Source of the DNA: Octopus vulgaris
Lineage: Eukaryota
Reading direction: 5' to 3'
DNA length: 64,000 nt
NCBI GenBank assembly: GCA_951406725.2
Contig: OX597819.1
Location: 53,444,001 to 53,508,000 of the forward strand
Shown here piece after piece: positions 39,881 through 54,241 of this stretch (its first letter is position 1; every line of letters begins with the position of its first letter). Under the pieces are notes generated by a model. The model searched no databases. It was given only the letters and a program-made list of their open reading frames with translations, and was not told the DNA's origin. The position numbers were made by a program, and so were the translations under genes.

Positions 39881-42800
39881 CTACACAACAAGACAAAATA
39901 AACAAGAAAACAATTTGATAATTTAATGTACACAAACAAAAGAAATATGCTTTGCAAAACACCATCTATGTAGATGGAGTATTTAGTTATCCTTATTGTG
40001 GTCAACATCATCACCAACATCTATGCCCTGCCACTTTTTGCGATCATCATCTAATTCATCACGCTGCAACAGAGGAAACTGCTACTCTTAGCCATCATGT
40101 ATGTCATTTTCTTTCTGAAGGTATATCTTTACAACTGGTTGCTTTTCTTTCCCTTTTACCAATTTACAAATAGATTGGGTGCATTTTATCAGGACACCAG
40201 CACTAGAGAGATTGTCTATATTGGGACAAAAGGGACCCAACAGCTTGAATGTAAACACTATATTTATAAATCAATTTAATTCCTAACCTATCATCATTGA
40301 AAATTTCAGCACACACTCAAGATGTCCTGTTTTCCTATAACATCAAAAGTAAACAGTGTGTAACTTGATGATATATAACGTGCACCTCTGTAGATTTTTT
40401 ATGTCTAAAAATAAAATGATTTCAAAAATGGCCAATGAAAATTCTAAGAATAAAACTAATTTGACCATAAACATGCTCACACAATGAAAAAAAATGCACA
40501 ATGATAGTCTACAGCAATATATAAATGAGCAGTTACGCAGCAAGAGTCCAGGGCCAGGAAAAGAGCAAAGGCACTTTTGATTTCCCCACTTAATCAATAG
40601 GTGTACTAGGCTTCAAGAATTTTGCATCCCTTCACTCGTGTGTGAGGAGAGAGGAGCTTCCCCTTTAACTACTCCCACCATACCTCACACACTGTAAGCA
40701 TCTGCAACTGAGTCCTTCAAATGTATTGAAATGGTTGACCATTGTTTCTAAACATACAATTATTGCACAGATGAAGAACTTTGCTATTGACTAGACGCTC
40801 AAGGGTTCATACTGTAGGACAGATGTCTTGTTTTTTTTGACAACACATATTACTCTGCTGGCTTCAGTCTGTCAGCCTAACAGCTGGTTGCACTGCTGCT
40901 CCAGAACTGAATGGTTACAAAGAGGAAAAGCATCTAGCTGTAAAAGAACTGCTCCTATTACATGCAAAGATCCAGAGTTCGAAAACAAAAAATCAATCCT
41001 GACTATGCAAGAATTAAAAAAAAAAAATGGATATAAAAATAACAGTAAAAAAAAATTTTTCAAACTAAAAGAAACTTCAAATCACTCTATTGCCAGCACC
41101 AATAATTTTGCCATCATCATCACCACCACCACATAACCTTTACAGAGAAAGATCACAGCTCTACATAGATTAACAAATGCTTAGAGGTGATACAAAAAGA
41201 AAAATAATAAAACAACTAACTTTATATTTTATGAAAGGCCTGAGGAGATGAGCTGGAGCTGCAGAAATATTTCTAAATGTTAAGTGTGACTTTAACATCA
41301 GCAAAACAACTCTTGTCACATTTGCTACCATTGCATCTCCCTCCTCGACCTAGTCTCAATAAGCTTAGGCTTGTAACAGTGTTTGAAACGATTATTAATG
41401 AAAACAGTATTGTTAACTTGATTATTAACTAAAATACTAGTGGGAAGTGGAAAATTATGCTAAAATTGTTCATAATTTTGTTTGACAAGAAAATAGGAAC
41501 AAAGAAAAGAAAACTTTGGGAAATTTCAGAGAAAATGTTATTATTATTATTATTATTATTATAATGGGGCTGCAATAAGGGTGGAGCACTTGCAAAAAAC
41601 AGCACTACCTGGAAACACACAATGGTGCTTGAAAAATAAGGGGTGTTACCTTAGTTCACTGGTAGTGAACAGCTGACACCGTAGTATATCTCCAGTGTTA
41701 GAAGCTGTGCAGACAATATAATAATGGTTTCAAATTATTATTTTGAAGAGGGGATAAGTCGATTTCATCGACCCCCCAGTGTTTTACTGATACTCATTTT
41801 ATCAACCCTGAGAAGATGAAATGTAAAGTCAACTTTGGTGAAATTTGAACTCAGAACGTAGCAACAGGCGAAATACCGCTAAGCATTTTGTCCAGAGCGC
41901 TAACGATTTAGCCAGCTCACTGCCTTATTGCTGATGATGATAATAATAATAATAAATTCAACTTACATTGAAAGTCAACAAAGTTTGCTTTAGAAGCGTT
42001 GAGATGTATTGAAAGATACAGATAATAATGATTTCAAAATTTGGCACAAGGCCAGCAAATTTTAGGTGAAGGATGGTAGTCAATTGCATCAACCCTAGGT
42101 CTTAACTGATACTTTATTTTATCAATCTCCGTAAAACTAACAGGCAAACTTAATATCAGCAGAATTTGAACTCAGAACATAAAGACACGATATGCTGCTA
42201 AGCATTTTGCTCAGCATGCTAACAATTCTGTCACCTCGTGGTGGCGGTGGTGGTGGTAGTAGTGGTGGTGGTGATAGTAGTAGTAGTAGTAGTAGTAGTA
42301 GTGATGGTGGTGGTAGTTTTAGTTCACAAATAACAGTTTATTGTTTTTCTCATTGCTACATCAAGTACGTTAGTTTGTAAATGTCCCTTACTCCAGCAAA
42401 CAAGTACCATATTTTCCAACATCTACCCCCAAAATTTTTCACACCAAAACTTACAGCCAAAACAGGCAGGCCAACTTACACACCAAGATGATTTTAGAAG
42501 ACCAAAAATTTCACGTGAAATGCAACAGGATTTGGAAATATGACGTTGTTTGAAAGTTTACTACATTGACTTGTATGCCAGAAAATATGTTATGTCCTGT
42601 GTGTGAGTGTGAATAAACATACACACACACACAAATGCACGCGCGCACTCGTACACACACACTTCAGATCATCTCCTAATTACTGTCACTTATCTCTTCC
42701 TCTTCCACCTGCCAATCCTATTTACCTTGTACTTTGACAGTATGCACTCACCATTTATTTTCTCCTTTTCAAAGTTCCCACTAACTAAGATAGCTGTTCC

Positions 42801-44454
42801 TATCCCTGTTACACTTTAGCCTTCAACACACGGCATAATGACATCACCTTCAATATTACAACCCTACTCAGTTGAGGGATTTTGTCCAGTGAGTTACTGG
42901 GTTATCTCACTAGTGGTCGTGCCATGAAAAAAGCACTTAGTAGTCTGTATAAAGTGGAAGGTGACAGAAAGGGCATCCGCAGAACTAAGGGCAACCACAG
43001 AACCATAGCAGCCATGGGAAAGGTAGCTGTACAAAGCAAACCAAACCAGACGTTAGACCTCAGTGCAGTCCTCTGGCTTGTTGGTTCATGTCAAACTGTC
43101 CAAGTTATGTCAGCATTGAAAACAGACTTTAAAACGACGGCGAGTATGACATAGGTACAGGTAATGACTGTATGGTTAAGTTTGCTTCCCAACCATCCAG
43201 CTTTGGGTTCAGTTCCACTGCACAGCAACTCTGGCAAGTGTCTTCAACTATAAGCTCCAGCTTGACCAAAGCCTTGTTAGTAGATTTGGCACACAGAATC
43301 TAAGTGACGCATGTGTGTGTGTGTGTGTGTATTCACATTGATGATTGTATGGAAGCTACAAGATTCAGGTGGTGCTACAGTTGGTAGTTCTTTCAACAAA
43401 TTATCCACTCCCTTCACACCTTTGAAACCACATGGAATAAAAGATCCCTTATTTGAAACACAGGTAAGGATTAGCAACATGAAGGGCATCTGGCTATACA
43501 ATATTATCTCAATAACACACTAACTCATGTAAGTACGCAAAAACAGAAGAAAAAAAATGAATACACATACACACACATATTACATCACACATCATTTTCA
43601 TATTCACTTTTCCATACTTACATGTGTCAGAGAGAATTTGTTGGGTAAATTTTTTCTGGTTGGATACCCTTCCTTCCACATAAAGTAATATTTCTCCCCT
43701 TGTCAAACATGTTGAACAGAAGATTGGTTTCAACCATTACATGGTATCAAGACATGGGTACGCACAGACACGCACGCATGCATGCATGCACACACTCACG
43801 TGCAAAAAGGTATGCACATAGCAGGCTTCATTCAGTTTTCGTCTGCTAAATTCACTCACAAAGCCTTGGTCAGTCTTGGTCTACAGTAGAAGACATGAGC
43901 CCAAGGTGCCACATAGTGGGATTGAACTCAAGACCATATGGTTGGAAAGCAAGTTTCTTAACCACACAGCCACACCGGCACCTATACATATATGTGTGTG
44001 TGTTAATTTCTTATATTATATTATGCACCTTTTCATACATACTTAGATATGGCACAGTGAAATCACAACAGAGTACCTTCTTCGAAATACTATAACAATA
44101 TCATTTTGTTTATTAATTTTAAAAAAGTTGCAAAAATATAAATTAATAAATGTATAGATAAATAATTAATTTAATCCATTTCAAAGATAGAAACAAATAA
44201 AAAGAGAAAAACACTCAATTCAGATCACATAAATTTACAATTCAATTTGCATCATGAAAGGGAGGAAAAATACAAATGCCAGTAAAATTAGAAAAATATC
44301 CACATGAACAAAAACAAATTAAAACAACTAAAAGAGCAAATAAATTTTTTTTTTTTTTACAAATACAGTAAAAAGAAAAACATTTAAAACAAAAAAAAAT
44401 ACCAGAAAGAAACAAAAAAATACAAAGTCTGCAATAAGAAGATAAAAGACTAAC

Positions 44455-44678
44455 CATTTCTTTCAAGCAAATGTACGGTTGCCATGCAGATGACAGCAAT
44501 CTTGAACACAATATCATCATCCAAATATTGGAGGTGATCAATGGAAGATGAACTGTGGTGGCGCAGGGGTGTAAACACATTATCTCTACTGTTGTAGCAG
44601 ACAGGTTCATAGAACATACACAGATTGAAGTCTTGCAATGTTTTCTGACAACATTCTTGAATTTCAGGTGCTTCAACA
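44455..44678 (-). CDS. SMG5: SMG5 exon (224 nt, phase 2/1)
   Basis: ttttctgtag|...|gttagt; [23 protein letters not shown]...[23 protein letters not shown] (SMG5 L.DFNLC.FY motif). Confidence 0.93.
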
Positions 44679-45070
44679 CTACAGAAAAAAAAAATTAACA
44701 AGAAAAAAAGATAAACTATCATATTACATAAACATATGTATCTCTCTCCCTCTATCAGAGATATATATATATATCTATGTATGTATGTATACATACATAT
44801 ATATGTATGTATGCATGCATACATACACTCAAACAAGCATGCATAGTTTCCTGTGTCCATGAGTGTGTGTGTGTATAGGTGCAGGCATGGCTGTGTGGTA
44901 AGAAGCTTGCTTCCCAGCCACATGGTTCCGGGTTCAGTCCAGTTGTGTGGCACCTTGGGCAAGTGTCTTCTGCTGTAGCCTTGGGCTGACCAAAGCCTTG
45001 TGAGTGGATTTGGTAGATGAAAACTGAAAGAAGTGTGTATGTGTATATGTGTGTGAGTGTGTTTGTGTGA

Positions 45071-45074
<4 letters not shown>

Positions 45075-45123
<49 letters not shown>

Positions 45124-45189
45124 TAGATAGATATGTATGTATGTATGTATGTATGTATATATATATATATAGATAGATATGTATGTATG

Positions 45190-45223
<34 letters not shown>

Positions 45224-45252
45224 TAGATATGTATGTATGTATATATATATAT

Positions 45253-45314
<62 letters not shown>

Positions 45315-45315
45315 T
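45075..45315. repeat. Compound (TA)/(TAGA)/(TATG)/(TG) microsatellite inside a SINE
   Basis: Directly visible; similar tracts at 4290-4482, 23630-23775 and 32705-32985. Confidence 0.9.
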
Positions 45316-45587
45316 TGTTTCCCACCACTATCGCTTGACAACCAATGTTGGGGTATTTACGTCCCCGTAACTAAGTGGTTTGGCAAAGTAAGTGGTTTGG
45401 CAAAGGGACCGATAGGATAAGTACCAGGCTTACAAAGAATAAATCCAGGGATCGATTTCTTTGACTAAAAGGCAGTGCTCCAGCATGGCAACAGTCAAAA
45501 TGATTGAAACAATAGTAAAAGAGTATGTGTGTATGTGTATATAGATATATGAGAGAGAGAGAGATGTGTATGTGTGTGAAAGATGTA

Positions 45588-46262
45588 TACAGGGTGCGAT
45601 GGGTAAATTGTTGCCATTTTATATTTTTAATTTCATGCAAGCACATTGTTTGTTTTTGACTTTTGACTGAGGACTGGCAAACCAGATCGCCGCACCAGGT
45701 TCCAATCTGATCTGGCAGAGTTTCTACAGCTGGATGCCCTTCCTAATGCATATTGGATCGGAAGCTCCAATATGAACAATTCAGAGTGTTCGGGTGTCAT
45801 TTCAGAGCGTCTGAACATTTCAGAGTGTCTGAGGACAGTGCAGAAGATTCGGAAAGAGTTCGATGAGTCTAATGGTGATTATGAAGGTACAGCAGCTTGG
45901 AAAACTCACTTTGATCATTCTGATAAGAAAAGAACTCCTGAATTTGTTGGTGAGATCCAGGCTTTAATTGACAATGATCCATCCAAGTCAATCAGGTCCA
46001 TCACCAGGGATATGTCTGAGTTTTTTTATCAGGCAGGTAGTGTACAAAGACATTTGGTATTCCACATACAAAATGAGAAAGGGCCAAATTTTATTCCAAG
46101 GCATCAAGAGGGAAAAACCATGCTACGAAGCTTTTGAACAAACTCAAGCATCCCCTCCAACTGAACATGCTTTGGTTTTTCTCAGATGAGAAAAATTTCT
46201 GCCAGGATCAGATGGTGAACACACAGAACAACCACTGGCTTGCTGTGTCCCCAAAATATGTA
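45588..46262 (+). mobile_element. Tc1/mariner-superfamily transposase relic with an inserted RTE-tail fragment (about 45665-45750)
   Basis: TA-CAGGGTG terminus; HTH-like IDNDPSKSIRSITRDM; frameshifted WFFSDEKNFCQDQMVNTQNNHWLA containing the first catalytic D. Confidence 0.75.
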
Positions 46263-46612
46263 CCGAGAGTGGATTACTAGTAACAGCAATGTTATGCCTC
46301 CATTCATCACCACCTTTAGTCGAGCAAATCGACCCCGGGACTTATTCTTTGTAAGCCTAGTACTTATTCTATCGGTCTCTTTTGCCGAACCGCTAAGTGA
46401 CAGAACACAGACACACACACATATATATATATACATATATACGACAGGCTTCTTTCAGTTTCCGTCTACCAAACCCACTCACAAAGCTTTGGTCGGCCAG
46501 AGGCTATAGCAGAAGACACTTGCCCAAGATGCCATGCAGAGGGACTGAACCCGGAACCATGTGGTTGGTTAGCAAGCTACTTACCACACAGCCACTCCTG
46601 CGCCTATGTATG

Positions 46613-46670
<58 letters not shown>

Positions 46671-46722
46671 TACATACATATACATACACACTAATATACA
46701 TATATAAATATAAAAGTATATA

Positions 46723-46936
46723 CAGTAATCCCTCACCATATCATGGTTCGCCTATTGTGGTTTATTATTTATGCTTATGTCGGATCCCTCCATGGTATTG
46801 TTTTGCATTTATAATAAAATAAATATATACAAATTATAAAAATAATATACAGTATAGTACTGTTTCTACTTCATGGATTTTCACCTATCACGGGGGTTTT
46901 TGGAACATAACACCCATGATAGTCGAGGGATTACTG
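46723..46936. mobile_element. Tigger-like Tc1/mariner MITE
   Basis: TA-CAGTAATCCCTC...GAGGGATTACTG-TA. Confidence 0.8.
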
Positions 46937-47934
46937 TACACACAGTTAAGCACACACACACACATAAGCACACACACATATAAATATGCACTCAAGTGCT
47001 CATGCATATATACAGACCTACTCATAAGTATATACACATCATGCAGGCATATATACACATACATAATGATCATTATGATTTTACCTATTAGATCTTGTTA
47101 TAAAAATTCAACACGTAAGCATAGAACATCTACATTAAATGATGATGATGCATACATATTGATATATACATACACAACAAGCTTCTTTCAGTTTCCGTCT
47201 ACCAAAGCTGTTCACAAGGTTTTGGTTAGCTCAAAGCTATAATAAAAGACATTTGCCCAAGGTGCCACACAATGGAACTGAACCTGAAACCATGTGGTTG
47301 GGAAGTTAATTTCTTAACCACAGGGCCATGACTGCACCTCTAGGACCCTGGTTCTTTTCTGGTCCCATACAACCATACTTATACCTAACCATCATTATAA
47401 TAAAATTTCTTAAACAAGCACATTATAAAGAGCATTAAGACAGTATTACGAGATTAGTAGCAGAGATTAGCAGACTAAATGAACCTCTGTTGATACCAGT
47501 AATTATTGTTATCAACTCATGGGAAGGTAAAAGGCAAGATTTGAACTCAGAATATTATGGTATATGAATACTAAATACTGCAAGATACTTTGTTCTCCAG
47601 TGTATCGATTCTGCCAATTCTATATTATATATATAAGAATCTGTCTAAGAAGAAATAGCCAAATATATAAATAATAAAAGCCAGAAAGCTATGGAATAAG
47701 TAGGTTAGAAGCAGGAGAAAATATCTTAACCTTTTACCCATTCTTTGAAAGAAAAGAAAGAAAAAAGTATGGAAAAGGAAACAAAAAAAAAAAAAAAATG
47801 AGAAATTTAGCCATGAAACTCTATGGAGTCTTAAATCATTTCTAGTTCCTTGAGTTTTCTTTGATCTTTCTTTTTTTTTATATATATTTTTCACCTCTAC
47901 AGTTCTACATTTTTCATCACCATAACACTGGTGG

Positions 47935-48560
47935 ATATAGATGGTGGAGATGATGATGAAGGTGAGGGCCATAATGTTGAAGATGGTGCTAAAAGTGGTA
48001 ATGCTGATTATAGTAGGTGTTCAAGTTTGTGGTGGTGGTGGTGGTGGTGGTGGTGGTGGCAATGATTAAAAATAGAAGTGATGGTGGTAACGATGATTGA
48101 TGATGATGATTATAATGTGGTGCTGATGATAAAGATGATAACTGTATTGATATGTTGCTTAAGGTATTGATGATGATGATGATCAAAATGATATGCTGCT
48201 TATGATGGTGGTGATGGTAATTGTAATGATGATGAAGTGATGTTAATGAAGATAAAAGTTCTGATAATTGAAATGATAACTACAACAATTTGATGATAGG
48301 GTGGTTGTGATCATGTTGAAGATGATGATGATAATATGCAGGTGTTCAGGATCAGATGATGATGACAAAGATAACACTGACAATGACACTGATGACAATG
48401 ATGGTGGTGATGACAGACATAACAATACCAATAGTGACAACATTACCCAGGGACAATCCTACCACCACTACCATTACCACAACCACTTAAGTTGTCTTAA
48501 TTACATGCCCTTGTGGAGTCACTGAACTTAACCCATCATCACCATCGTCATCATCAACAT
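47935..48560. repeat. Low-complexity (GAT)/(GGT) trinucleotide region
   Basis: Degenerate gat/ggt/cat runs; (TAA)n tracts also at 39330-39395 and 22228-22271. Confidence 0.8.
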
Positions 48561-49885
48561 TTGTTTAGTAAAGAAACCCTCACAAATCAAAGCGCAGTAA
48601 GTGAAGTCAACGAACTCATCCACTCAACTAACATATAATCACTTGAGAGGCTGGAGTAAATACCCAAACAAATATAACAGTAAAGATTGTACAGAAAAAC
48701 GATAACCTTTAGCACTATTTCCATATGCACTGACCAAAAAAACCAGAAACGTGATATCCATAGATTAGAAGAGAGGTTAGTGAAGGCTTTGTAGTTAAGC
48801 ATGGTAGGCTCTCCACAGAAGTAGATACTAGAAAATTCTATAACATGTTAACATATAAAAATGATGAGTGGCGGGGAAAAAAGTGAATACACCTTCATAC
48901 ACACATGTGCACAAACACACAAACACACACACACAAACAAGACACACTTTTCACTGTAACCTATTAGCTAGACTATCACATCTAAGATCCATGATACAAC
49001 AGATATGGAAATCATGTTAAAGGAGAGCTAGTAAAATAAGGGTGATACGTTGTGGCTGTACAGATGGATGTTTTCAGGGGCTGGTGATTTTGGCATTAAT
49101 AGCAGTAGAAGCATTGGTCATGATGTTGATGCTGGTGACGAAGATCCAGAAATTGGGGGCAAAGGTACTGATAGGGGAGGCATTATAGCTGTTCTTTAGC
49201 CCCAGGTCAATCTTGATCAAGCAGACATACAATCAAAAGCATTCCAGTTATGACCATCACATTTTAGAATATGTAGGACTTTGTTATTTAGTGTATTAAG
49301 ATACTAGGCTGTGATTTAACAGGAATTTGATGGATGCCATTTCTAACATGTTGAGCAATCATGTAGAGGACCCCTTGCTAATGAAGGTGGTGCTGATAGT
49401 GATCATGAAGGTGATTGAGATGATGGTGAAGGAACTGTTGGCAGTGTTAAAGATGGTGTTTTCTTATTGTTTAGCTCCAAGTTAAACTTTTATCAAGCAG
49501 ACCTATGAGTAAAGACCCTCCAACCAGGAACATGACATCTTTTTGTATATCAGGGATTACAATGCCCCAGATATACCTCAAGACAGTATAAGTGTGATGT
49601 GTAAGTGATTTGGCTGCTATTTCTAGCAAGTCAAGCAACCAGGTCGAGGCAGCCTTATTGACTTATAGTGAAGCTGTTGACTGTGCTGGTGTGAGATGCT
49701 GAAGGTAGTGATGGTGATGAAAATGGTGAGTTTGCTGATGGCAGTGGTGGGGGGTTATGGTGGTGAGTAAGATGACCACTACATTCATTTTATAGCCATT
49801 TTTTCATGCTAGCATGGATTAGACAAGTATATTATTGAAACATTGTTTTACAACTAGATACCTTTCCTGTCACTAACCATTACAA

Positions 49886-50090
49886 GGTGCTGAAAAGTTC
49901 CTGGCTTTGGATAAAAGAAAATACAAGAGGATCAGTTAATTATGATTTTATTGAACATATTCCCCTCTCAGATTCAGACATTTATTGCAGCGGTCCTTCA
50001 GTTTTCTTAAGCCCTGTTAAAGAACTCAAAAGGTTGGGCCTCCAACAAGGCCTTTTGTGATACCCTTAAAGCCAGGAACTTTTCAGCACC
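49886..50090. mobile_element. mariner-type MITE nested in an older repeat; related partial copy at about 25065-25258
   Basis: TIRs GGTGCTGAAAAGTTCCTGGCTTT / AAAGCCAGGAACTTTTCAGCACC. Confidence 0.75.
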
Positions 50091-51900
50091 CATCCAATTA
50101 CTTTGTTTTTCAAAAACAGGATCTTTTATTCCACACATGTTCAAAGGCTTAACTAGAGACTAGCTTTGAGACAAGTGCAAATAACTTTGAGAGAAATGCA
50201 AATATACACAAACACATGCACACACACACACACATATACATATATACATACAAAGATACATACACACATGTATACATATCATCATGTCTACTTTTCCGTG
50301 CTTGCATGAGTCAAACAAGAGGGTGCTAGGAAACTTTTCTCCAACTGGATGCCTTTCCCTTTGCCAACCTCCACTTGTTTCCAAGTGAAGTAATAATCTC
50401 CCAGTCTACTGAACAACAAACAGCCCAGAAATGTTTATGTGGAGAACTGGAAACAAATGACATTGGATGAACAATCCTTTTGTTTACAAAGATCATACAA
50501 CGTGTCAAGAGGCCCAAACATGTTTTTGTGTTGAACTGCAGCTAAATGACACACAAGTGAAGCTACCGTTTACTATTAGCAAACCAACACATGTGAACAA
50601 GGAAATGTACACATATACAATGGGCTTCTTTCAGTTTCCCTCAACCACATGCACTCACAAGGCTTTGGTTGGTCTAGGGCAATGACAAAAGACATTTGCT
50701 CAAGGTGCCATGTAGTGGGACTGAACCCCAAACCATATGGTTGAGAAACAAACTTCTTGGACATAGTCATGCCTGTGCATACACCCCCCACACACACACA
50801 CACACAACATGTTTCTTTCAGTTTTCATCTACCAAATCCATTCACAAGGCTTTGGTCAGCTTGGAACTCTAGTAGAAGACACTTGCCCAAGGTGGAATGC
50901 AAACGGACTGAACCCAAAAACCATATATTTGGAAAAGAAACCTATTAACCATACAAAAAATTATGGGCAAACAAATAGCTGAGTGGGTAAGAAGTTCATT
51001 TTGCAACAACATGCTTCCAGGCCTAATCTTGCTGTGCAAAACCCTGGGGAAAGTGTTTTTCAACCATAGCCTTATAAGTGAAATTTAATAGACAGATGCT
51101 AGTTATAGCAGGTGTAATGTTAAAATGTAGCAAACATTTTAACAAATATGGCAATATTTGATGCTATATCATTGTGACAATAAAGGGGAACATCATCATC
51201 ATCATCATCATTTAGCAATGTTGAAATCCTTAATTGAGGAGCAACTATCAGAAAACATCTAAATATAAGAAGTCAACAGGCTAAGTTCATTACACATTAT
51301 GAGAAGCCTTGAGCAATTGGTGACAACTGGAAAACTGAAAGCAAGAAGCCAGGGAAGACGGAGAGAGAAGATAAGGGCCAAAATATCTAGCATCTTCTGG
51401 CTATAGAATGACTAGCCTAATAACATACCCAAGTTGCATGCGGGATAGCCAATACCTATTAGCATAGTACATGAAGATGCTTAAATAAGTAACAGAGTGT
51501 AAACAAATTCAAATAACATTGTAGTATATCAATGAAAGAAGCAGAGGAAGATGTTGGTTTATAAAGGAGCATTTCTCCCAATATTTAGAATGTCTCCAAC
51601 ACATGTAAGAAATGATGTTAGGATGAACTAACGAAGGAGATTCTATGTGGTCACTTGACCTGCTAGAATTAGCAACTAAATATCCCTTAATCTACACCCT
51701 ACCATCTTAAAAAAGGTAGAACACAATGAATAATAAGTATACTCAAACACCTTCAGCCTGCAGTTAATAACTTTATAATATGATGAGAGGCAGATATCAT
51801 TCCTAGTAAGATTAACACTTAAAATAAGAGGGCAGTGAAGCAAACAATACAAGCCATCTAATCCAGACTGGTATTTTATTATCTCAATTATTTTCATAAG

Positions 51901-52330
51901 GCGCAGGAGTAGATGTGTGGTAAGTAGCTTGCTTACCAACCACATGGTTCCGGGTTCGGTCCCACTGCGTGGCACCTTGGGCAAGTGTCTTCTACTATAG
52001 CCTCAGGCCAACCAAAGCCTTGTGAGTGGATTTGGTAGACAGAAACTGAAAGAAGCCCATTGTATATTTGTGTGTGTGTGTGTGTGTGTGTATGTTTGTG
52101 TGTTGGTGTTTGTCTGTATATGTGTGCATTTCCTTGTCCCCCCAATATCACTTGACAACCGATGCTGGTGTGTTACATCCCTGTAACTTAGCAGTTCAGC
52201 AAAAGAGACCGATAGAATGAGTACTAGGCTTACAAAGAATAAGTCCTGGGATCGATTTACTTGACTAAAGGCGGTGCTCCAGCATGGCCACAGTCAAATG
52301 ACTGAAACAAGTAAAAGAGTAAAGAGAGTA
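51901..52330 (+). mobile_element. tRNA-derived SINE family A, full-length example; other copies near 10195, 20700, 21225, 23490, 33735, 35760-36126(-), 37248, 43155, 43820(-), 44878-45520, 46315-46604(-), 47180(-), 50620(-), 59211-59542, 63742
   Basis: Pol III A-box-like tgtggtaag and B-box-like ggttcggtccc, core ggcaccttgggcaagtgtcttc, internal (TG)n, end actgaaacaagtaaaagag. Confidence 0.85.
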
Positions 52331-52991
52331 AGCCATTTTGATTAATTCAAGGATCTCCATCTGTCAGGGTTAAACATGTAATTTCACTTCCATGTGTAAG
52401 CCTGAACAAATTTTTTCTCCCTTTTTATTTAATTGTTTGTGATGTTAAATGTTCCCCATTTAACATCCATCTTCCATGTTGGCATCGGATGTATGATTCA
52501 ACAAGAGCTGACAGGGGTCAGACGATTGCGTCAATGCTCCAAAATCTACTTTGGCATGTTTCAATGGCTGCATACCCTTCCTAAAACACTTTGCAGAGTG
52601 TACTGAGTGCTTTTCTTGAGGCACCATCACTAGTGAGGTCATCATGCAACTCACTAAAGAACCCCTTCAACAGAGAGGGAACATAACAGTGAAGTAAGCA
52701 GCTTTATGCCAGATGTTGAAAGATTAACGTATGACCATGTATGTAAATCTTTCCCTCTCTACACCACAACATCATAGTTGCCTAAAGGGAAACCCACCAA
52801 ATTAAGAGCGAATACAGCTTGGCATTGGAACTGTATCAGACATCATTTTCATAACACAAAGTGCTGGAACAGATAAGGTAAGGCAGACTGTCCAACACTA
52901 ACACTTCCACCGATCTACCAACTTGGATTGGTATATTTATAATTAATAACAATATGAATAGTAAACAATATGAAAAATATTCAGAACTTAC

Positions 52992-53063
52992 TTTCGAGAA
53001 TTGTTGTAAAAGATATCCAACAAATAAAGAAAGTAGACAAAGAATCTTTTGATGTCTCGTGGT
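52992..53063 (-). CDS. SMG5: SMG5 exon (72 nt, phase 2/2)
   Basis: ctttacag|...|gtaagt; PRDIKRFFVYFLYLLDIFYNNSR (SMG5 DIKR motif). Confidence 0.93.
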
Positions 53064-54170
53064 CTGTAAAGAAAGAAAGAAATTATAAAATTTACTGAAA
53101 ACTAATTATGTCAGTCAGAATAGACAAAGGAATAATATCATATCAGATTTACATAGAGGATCAAGAAATTCTATCTTTTCTAAAGCACTGATTGTACTTT
53201 TATAATCAAATACTTAAGGCTTAACCTTTTTAATATCAACCCACCAGAGACCACCACAGGTTCTATGATACAAACTTGTTGTTTTAAAGATATCTTAATT
53301 AAACTTTCCATCAAAATTCCATACAAATTTATAATCTAACCACCAGCTTATCATTTAAAGTCCATTTTCCATGCTGGTATGAGCTGTCCAGACTCCAACT
53401 GACTGTTGTAGCACCGTTTCTACAGCTGGATGCCCTTCTTAATGCCAACCACTTTACAGAGTGAGCTAGATGCTTTCATCATTTTAAAATTTAACTGCAA
53501 CAAATGTAGTAAATTTCAACAGAAATATGGTAACATAAGAGTTAAATAAAAATTTGTATTAAAATAATTAATATTCTGGAATCTAGTACCAGAATTACTG
53601 ACTACAAATCTGATCAATCAAAAAGAGGAAATGGGCTGAGACAACTGACTCGATCCAATATACAACTGGTACTTATTTTACAAAGTCCAAAGATGGCTTT
53701 CACATAAGGTGATCCAGCCTGAGATAAATGTATAAATAAGTAGATTATACTGACTCCTGTACCCTGAGAGTATGCCCTAGCACTTCACCACCATATATCT
53801 CTCTCTTGATCTACTCTACTATCCCATTTATATTCTAATCCCCATTCCAGGAGTATGCGCCAACACATTGCAACCATCTCTCTCTTGCACTCTTGCTTTC
53901 TTCTACTCTCTCTCTTTCTCTCTCCCTCTGACTAGTTAACCATGTATCTCCTCCTCAGCAATACACCTGTTTCTGTGTTCAATCTTGAACACTCTCTTTC
54001 TCTCTCTGACCGGGTAATCATGTATCTCCTCTACAGCAAGACAACTGTTTCTGTCTCTCTGTCACACTCTAACCATTCATCACCTGACCCAAGATCACCT
54101 CCGCCAATGCTCTCTCCCCTCTCAATGGATCTTCTCTCACAATATGTGTGTATGTATCTTGAGCCAACAG

Positions 54171-54241
54171 GTTTTTAGGATCTGACGATATGCCATAAAG
54201 CATATCTTTATGGACAGGAAACCTAAGGTAATCCCATAAAC
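54171..54241 (+). ncRNA. Type I hammerhead ribozyme fold
   Basis: Core CTGACGA 54182-54188, GAAA 54218-54221, cleavage triplet GTA 54228-54230. Stem III ACC/TAA/GGT; stem II CCATAAAG/CATAT/CTTTATGG; stem I GTTTTTAGGAT/ATCCCATAAAC (9 of 11 pairs). Confidence 0.75.

Noticed and set aside
44679-45341. Long ORFs (292 and 135 aa) rich in YI/HT
   Set aside because: Translations of microsatellite and SINE sequence; only 44455-44678 is a real exon.
51901-51975. tRNA-like sequence
   Set aside because: SINE head repeated many times and fused to a SINE body; not a tRNA gene.
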